Shown: positions 58,886-64,000 of the stretch, piece after piece
How positions within the stretch are numbered: the first letter of the stretch is position 1
Layout of the letters: each line of letters begins with the position of its first letter
Origin: Antedon mediterranea
Taxonomy: Eukaryota > Animalia > Echinodermata
Assembly (NCBI RefSeq): GCF_964355755.1
Contig: NC_092673.1
Span: 15,472,948-15,536,947, forward strand
Direction: 5' to 3'
Length of the DNA stretch: 64,000 nucleotides
Translations under genes and position numbers: made by a program
The notes under the pieces: generated by a model
Database searches by the model: none
Seen by the model: the letters and a program-made list of their open reading frames with translations, nothing else
Told to the model about the DNA's origin: nothing

Positions 58886-61800
58886 TCATCTATTACTTAA
58901 TAATAGATCAACAGCATCTGCTAGGTTATCTACATATCCAGCTGGTCTAACTTCAGGATGCTGCTCATCTGATGGCCTTAAAAAAAAAAAAATTTCACAA
59001 AATAAAAAACTTCACGCAATTTCTTTTTAACATATTGGTCTTCACTTCATAAATACCACATCCACTTTCTCCCATCAAAACATTATTCATATTTACAATA
59101 CCATACAGATTGTTATTTTGATAGTTGATGTTATCTATACAATTTATTGTACAGTACTTTCTGTACAAACACCAGAGTTGCTCGTTGTACAGTAGGTGAT
59201 CTTAAAAGATCACATTGTACGAAATTTGATTAGGTGATCTTAAACGTCAAAATGATGTCGAATGAATACGATAACGAAAACGTCACACATTTGTGAAACT
59301 TTTGAGCTGATCCCCATTTCATATTCGTAAAGCGTATTGACGAATATCACCAGTCATATTCGTAACTACAAAACGAGTATAGTTTTTAATCTATTTTGCA
59401 CATTTTGCATTTGAATCAGGAATGATTCATGATTATAATATAATTATAGATTTATTGAAAGTAATTTACTAAAGTAATTTACTAAAATGCCAGGTCAATT
59501 TTGATAAATAGCAGTTTTTAAAGTCCTCACTCGCTTTGATGTTATGCTAGCACTAAGCAACACGTACCTGCACTTCGCTCAAATTTACCGCAGTCATATT
59601 TTGGACGGCGACCTCAATATTTCGTTGCCATGCGATACAGATTTTTACTGGCTTACGAAAACGAATACGTGTGCGTGACGTATCCGTTTTCGTATTCGTA
59701 AGATTGCGAAACCTCTCTATTAATGCGCCATTTGGTGAAATTATATACCTGTATTTTCCTGTTCTTACTTGAAGGCCACGTATCCCACAAGCCTGTGCAC
59801 CTCCAATGTCATTGACAATATCATCACCGATCATTACTGCCTAAACAATAAATATAAAGCTCTGTATACACATCAAACTTTATGTGACAACAAATGTGAT
59901 GTGCCCATATATGGACATAAATGTCACAGCATTACACGTTTTGTCACATGTCAAGTTAAAACCTACCTTATCTGGTGGAACTCCCATGTCAAATGTGATG
60001 TGCCCATATATGGACATAAATGTCACAGCATTACACGTTTTGTCACATGTCAAGTTAAAACCTACCTTATCTGGTGGAACTCCCATGTCATTTAGAGCTG
60101 CCATAAAAAATGATTCTGCTGGTTTTCCAACTACTGTAGCCTGGCAACCACAAGCATACTGCAAGAGAAGAAGTATGGGTAGTTTTAAATATCATAAATT
60201 AAAACAAGGTATATTTTAAAATAATTCAATCAATCAAATCGTATCACAAACAACAGACTGGATATACATAGGCTAGCCTACTTTTTATAATGAAGTTGAA
60301 GATGCTTGACTTGCGATTTTCTTGATATCATTGTTTTGGTGATGAAATGTGCAGATTCGTCAACTACCGATATTTTACTCTCAGAATACATTAGGTGCGA
60401 TTTGTAAACCAAAATATACACGCAACAAATGAATAAATGAACATTTAATAAATGGTTTTCTTATTTTTTTTTTAACAAACCAATTTAAAATTAACTACAA
60501 AAAGAGATGTGGTAGGCCTACCTCAAGAACTTTCATAAAAGATCCAACATCTAGATTTAATTGTCCACCATCTTTGTAATATTTTCTTTAATTTGAAAAA
60601 AAAAGGAAACAAAACACACAAATTTTCATTGAAATGTAGTTTGATTTTCTGATTGATTGAAATAAATATCTATACAATTGTTAGGCTGAAAAATGGGAAG
60701 GTTAGAAACTAGAGGGATTCAACAATTAGAAAGAATTATAAATATTGGATGTCGTTCGACATCAAATAAAATGTTCTAAGCACCGTTGTTGTTGTGCAAG
60801 ATGATTTTTTATCATTCTTATATATAACGCTACAAATTGCAATACAGTACATCGGTAACAGTGAAATGAAAGCACTCGGAAAAAACTGAGTGAAGTACTT
60901 GGCAAAATATATCCGGGAAAACATTATTTGGAGAGGGCTCACTACTTTATTTTTTGATTCATGTTAAAAGAATACAGAGGGCGTGTTATTTAATATCTCG
61001 TATGAAAGATATAGGTAAGTCAGATTTTAATATAATAAGCATGATTTGTTTTCTGAAAATCAATGCATGTTCTGTAAGTATAACACCCACAAAATTCAGG
61101 ATGATAACTTAAAAATTACGTACTAACGTAATAATCAGTGATGATCAAGGAAACTAACTTACCCCCTACCCAATGCAATGAGAGCTGGTTTTTCCATGTT
61201 GATCAACACTCGAAATGCATTGTTTAAATTGTCATATGTAAATTGTGACGCACAATCACCTATAACTACACATGTAGGGCTGGCCTTTGATGATGCTAAA
61301 TCTCCAAAATCAGGCAAAGCATCTAATGTAAAAAGAATATAGTTTTATTTATTTTATTTCAATTATTAATAAATCCAACTGCCATTGGCTTTTTTGAACA
61401 GTGATGATTACCAGAGACTTTCAGACACAATTTGGGCTACCATAATGACATTAGGGACTTTACGAAACATGACAGAAAGCCACAGGACGATGCTCATGAA
61501 TATATGCATGAGCTTTAACAAAGTGGGTGGAGCTTAACCTGAAATTCCATCGTCTTAACTTTTTGAGGACGATAACATTGTCATTTTCCCATTTACAGAG
61601 AACAACTAGAAATAATGTATATATAACCTTAAATATAGTGTTAAATTACACTTAAATGTGAAATTTGCAAAACTCTAAATAATATTCAGAATGGCCCCGC
61701 GCCGCGAGACAGGGGAGGGAGAGAGATGCTGCCAGTCGTCGTCTTCGTGCAAGGGTATGTGCCTAACTAATTGAATGATAATAATAATAGAATGAGAGAA

Positions 61801-63161
61801 TGTATCTGGTGGGTAAAAATCTGTGAAAATACCATATATGGCTCTGTGGTCTAGTGGTATGATACTCTGGTAAGCGAGAGGTTGCAGGTTCGAATCCCGT
61901 TAGAGACATTCTTTCATACAACTCAAAAATACGAAACTTTCGCCAAGGAGCTATGCTCGACGCGATTATGAGCACTGTTTCTATAATTTACAGTATGATT
62001 TATATTATAATAGAATGACTACGTTGACTGTATATGATTTTACACTCTAGCGAACACAGGATATTCGTCGTCTTCCCCTAACTGCCATGTTTCGTAAAGT
62101 CCATATTGGCAAGCTACTCAACAACCAACTATTTAAATGGTTTATTTAAAAGAAATAACAGCTCTTCACAAAATATTGCACCTGTATGTACAAGTAAATG
62201 AGGTATAAGATTTTGTTGGCGTAGAACATGACAAACTGCTGGGATTGGTGAGAACACTTCTTCCATTTTGATGTCAAAACCAAGTTTAGTCAGCTTCGTA
62301 ACAAGAACTTGACGAGTGCAAAGTGTCTCGTTTGTGCAGAATCGTACTTTAAGACCTGCCGACTTCAACCTTCAACAGAAATAAATAACAAATGCATGTT
62401 TCTTTATAATTCTTGATGTTCTATTAAATTTCCAAACAATGTGCAGTAAACTATGTGTTTGAAAATTAAAATGAGAAGAATGCACTAACGCGCTGGATTG
62501 ATTCTAGCACATGAAAATATTTGCTGGAGTCTTGGTAAAACTATGGGCTGAGGTGCCTGAAATAGTAAATTCTATTGATGCTATCATGGTCTAACTTTAG
62601 ATTTTAATTAATTAATTGAATTAATTCAATATTATACATCTTTTTTTATGAGTCTTTGTTTATTTATTATTTTAATGGATACTTAGTGGGCCTGCTATCA
62701 CAATCCTTTCATCTACCTTAAATTTATTCTTATATTTATACTTGTGATGATTACCATACACTTTTTATTGATGTGTATGGTATTGGTTTTTATGAATAAA
62801 GAGATTGATTGATTTTAATTTGTTGATGGGCTTTAGCCCCAAAGGAAATAGTGTGCAGTAACTTTGTATTGTAAGGCCAGAGAGAAAATACAATGGTTTT
62901 TGTCTCAAAATGTCGGTGATTTTGGTAAACATTTCTTTATTTGATTTAGATGCTGGGGCAAATTCGCACACATGTGATGACAATTTTAAAGTTTCCTATG
63001 GCCTTTAGTGCTCACCTGTTGACAGCTTGCACGGAGCCTGGTATTGCTACACCACCATCATCAGAGCTATTGTACAGAACACCTGAGATGTCCAGCAAAA
63101 TTCCTTGTATATCTTTAGATGATTTATACCAGTCACCTTCATGGTATCCACTACTGGCCAT
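58886..63161 (-). CDS. LHPP: Phospholysine phosphohistidine inorganic pyrophosphate phosphatase (HAD IIA), 7 coding exons
   Basis: Minus-strand exons 63161-63016, 62369-62182, 61322-61163, 60585-60522, 60158-60066, 59840-59749 and 58976-58886, all GT-AG and in phase. Motifs GILLDISGVLY (DxS of LHPP), AIPGSVQAV, FCTNET, CVVIGD, GKYYK..LDVG, VVGKP, AVMIGDDIVNDIGGAQACG..VRTGKYRPSDEQHP..GYVDNLADAVD. An acceptor near 63180 suggests an upstream non-coding exon. Confidence 0.95.
59262..59718. mobile_element. Harbinger-like MITE family A, copy 2 (one end truncated), in LHPP intron 6
   Basis: Reverse complement of 9413-9873; ends TTGCGAAACCTCTCT. Confidence 0.8.
59891..60090. repeat. Perfect 99-bp tandem duplication spanning the LHPP exon 5 donor
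   Basis: 59891-59989 equals 59990-60088; each copy contains GATAAG|GTAGGT on the minus strand. Confidence 0.95.
61453..62103. mobile_element. Harbinger-like MITE in LHPP intron 2
   Basis: TIRs GGACTTTACGAAACATG.CAG / CTG.CATGTTTCGTAAAGTCC. Confidence 0.75.
61840..61908 (+). pseudogene. tRNA-Pro-like pseudogene or SINE head inside the MITE
   Basis: GGCTCTGTGGTCTAGTGGTATGATACTC..GCGAGAGGTTGCAGGTTCGAATCCCG..GAGAC has A and B boxes and resembles eukaryotic tRNA-Pro, but the anticodon arm is shortened and cannot pair properly. Confidence 0.6.
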
Positions 63162-64000
63162 GTCTTATCTCATCAGTATCTGTGTTAAACAATAAGATCT
63201 TTATCACTTTATTGACTAGACCTAGTCCTACGGGTGTTTCGAAAACAGAGACCCCAACAAAAACCTCCCAACATCCGGTAACTGTATTTGTTTATCACAC
63301 TCACTGTATTAAAACAAACTTTCTACTTTGATGTTATTCTTTCTTCTTTTCTATATCTAGAACATTTTACAGTACAATTTAATTTAATTATTTTTTACAA
63401 ACCATGAAAATTAAGGGTTCCAACCAAAAACATAACAATATACATATAGACAGTACTGTATATCAGAATCCTCATGGTGGAATCTTGAAGTAAACGAACA
63501 GGTTCCTGGCCTAATTTCATGAAAGTTCATCACGTTAAAATCCTGTTATTTTGGTAAAATCCGATTGGGATCCTGGCATCATTTTGTTGAGAAAAACTAA
63601 AGATTGAGAAGCTTTCATTGTATAATTTTTTTTAATGTCGCCCTCTACTAATTAGTGTTTCTAAAGCTAAGACCATGACAGAGAGAAGACGCAAAAGCCA
63701 AGGAAGACCCTATGAAATGGTAGTGTTTACAACATACAACTAAAAAGCATACAAACTCAATGATAACACCATACATTTACTTACAGAATCTGTAAACATA
63801 TTGTTGTCTTTGGTATTTTGATTTTTTTTAAATTTTTTTGTTTTCGGTAATTAGACTAGGCCTAACCCTAAGATGTTGAGAAGTTTTTTTTTCTATTTTC
63901 GAGACATCCCCCCCCCCCCCCCCGCCCGCGATTTTTTTTTTCGTACATAAGTTGGGGACCCCCTCATGAAACGTCACAAAATAAACATGAATAATTCATC

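Noticed and set aside
61840-61908. Functional tRNA gene
   Set aside because: The anticodon arm is shortened and stems are mismatched; it lies inside a MITE.
13873-63161. Minor (U12) or non-canonical introns
   Set aside because: All modelled introns are GT-AG and none has the GTATCCT U12 donor.
13873-63161. GPAT, NDRG, GPCR and LHPP as a functional gene cluster
   Set aside because: Unrelated pathways, mixed orientation and no shared regulatory structure visible; adjacency alone is not evidence.

Overview
AT-rich animal (eukaryotic) genomic DNA with spliceosomal introns; the repeat content and gene families suggest a marine invertebrate, possibly an echinoderm (inference). Splicing GT-AG exons by hand gives four intact host genes: GPAT3/4 glycerol-3-phosphate acyltransferase (+, 15 coding exons, 13873-27155); an NDRG-family alpha/beta-hydrolase-fold protein (+, 29257-52427 or -54338) with two paralogous alternative last exons; a class A GPCR with an uninterrupted 7TM ORF (+, 56745-57632); and LHPP HAD phosphatase (-, 7 exons, 58886-63161), whose exon-5 splice donor is duplicated in frame by a 99-bp tandem repeat. 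The first 13.4 kb is mostly decayed transposons: a foldback-type MITE, an intron-containing Ginger/GIN integrase-type transposase relic, BEL/Pao, DIRS, Academ and Gypsy fragments, a BEN-domain-like relic beside a CCAATTGG array, and a Rex1/Babar LINE. The introns hold a Crypton tyrosine-recombinase relic, a near full-length Rex1/Babar LINE and many MITEs and SINEs. There is no CRISPR array or prokaryotic system. All calls come from manual reading and remembered family motifs; no database search was run.
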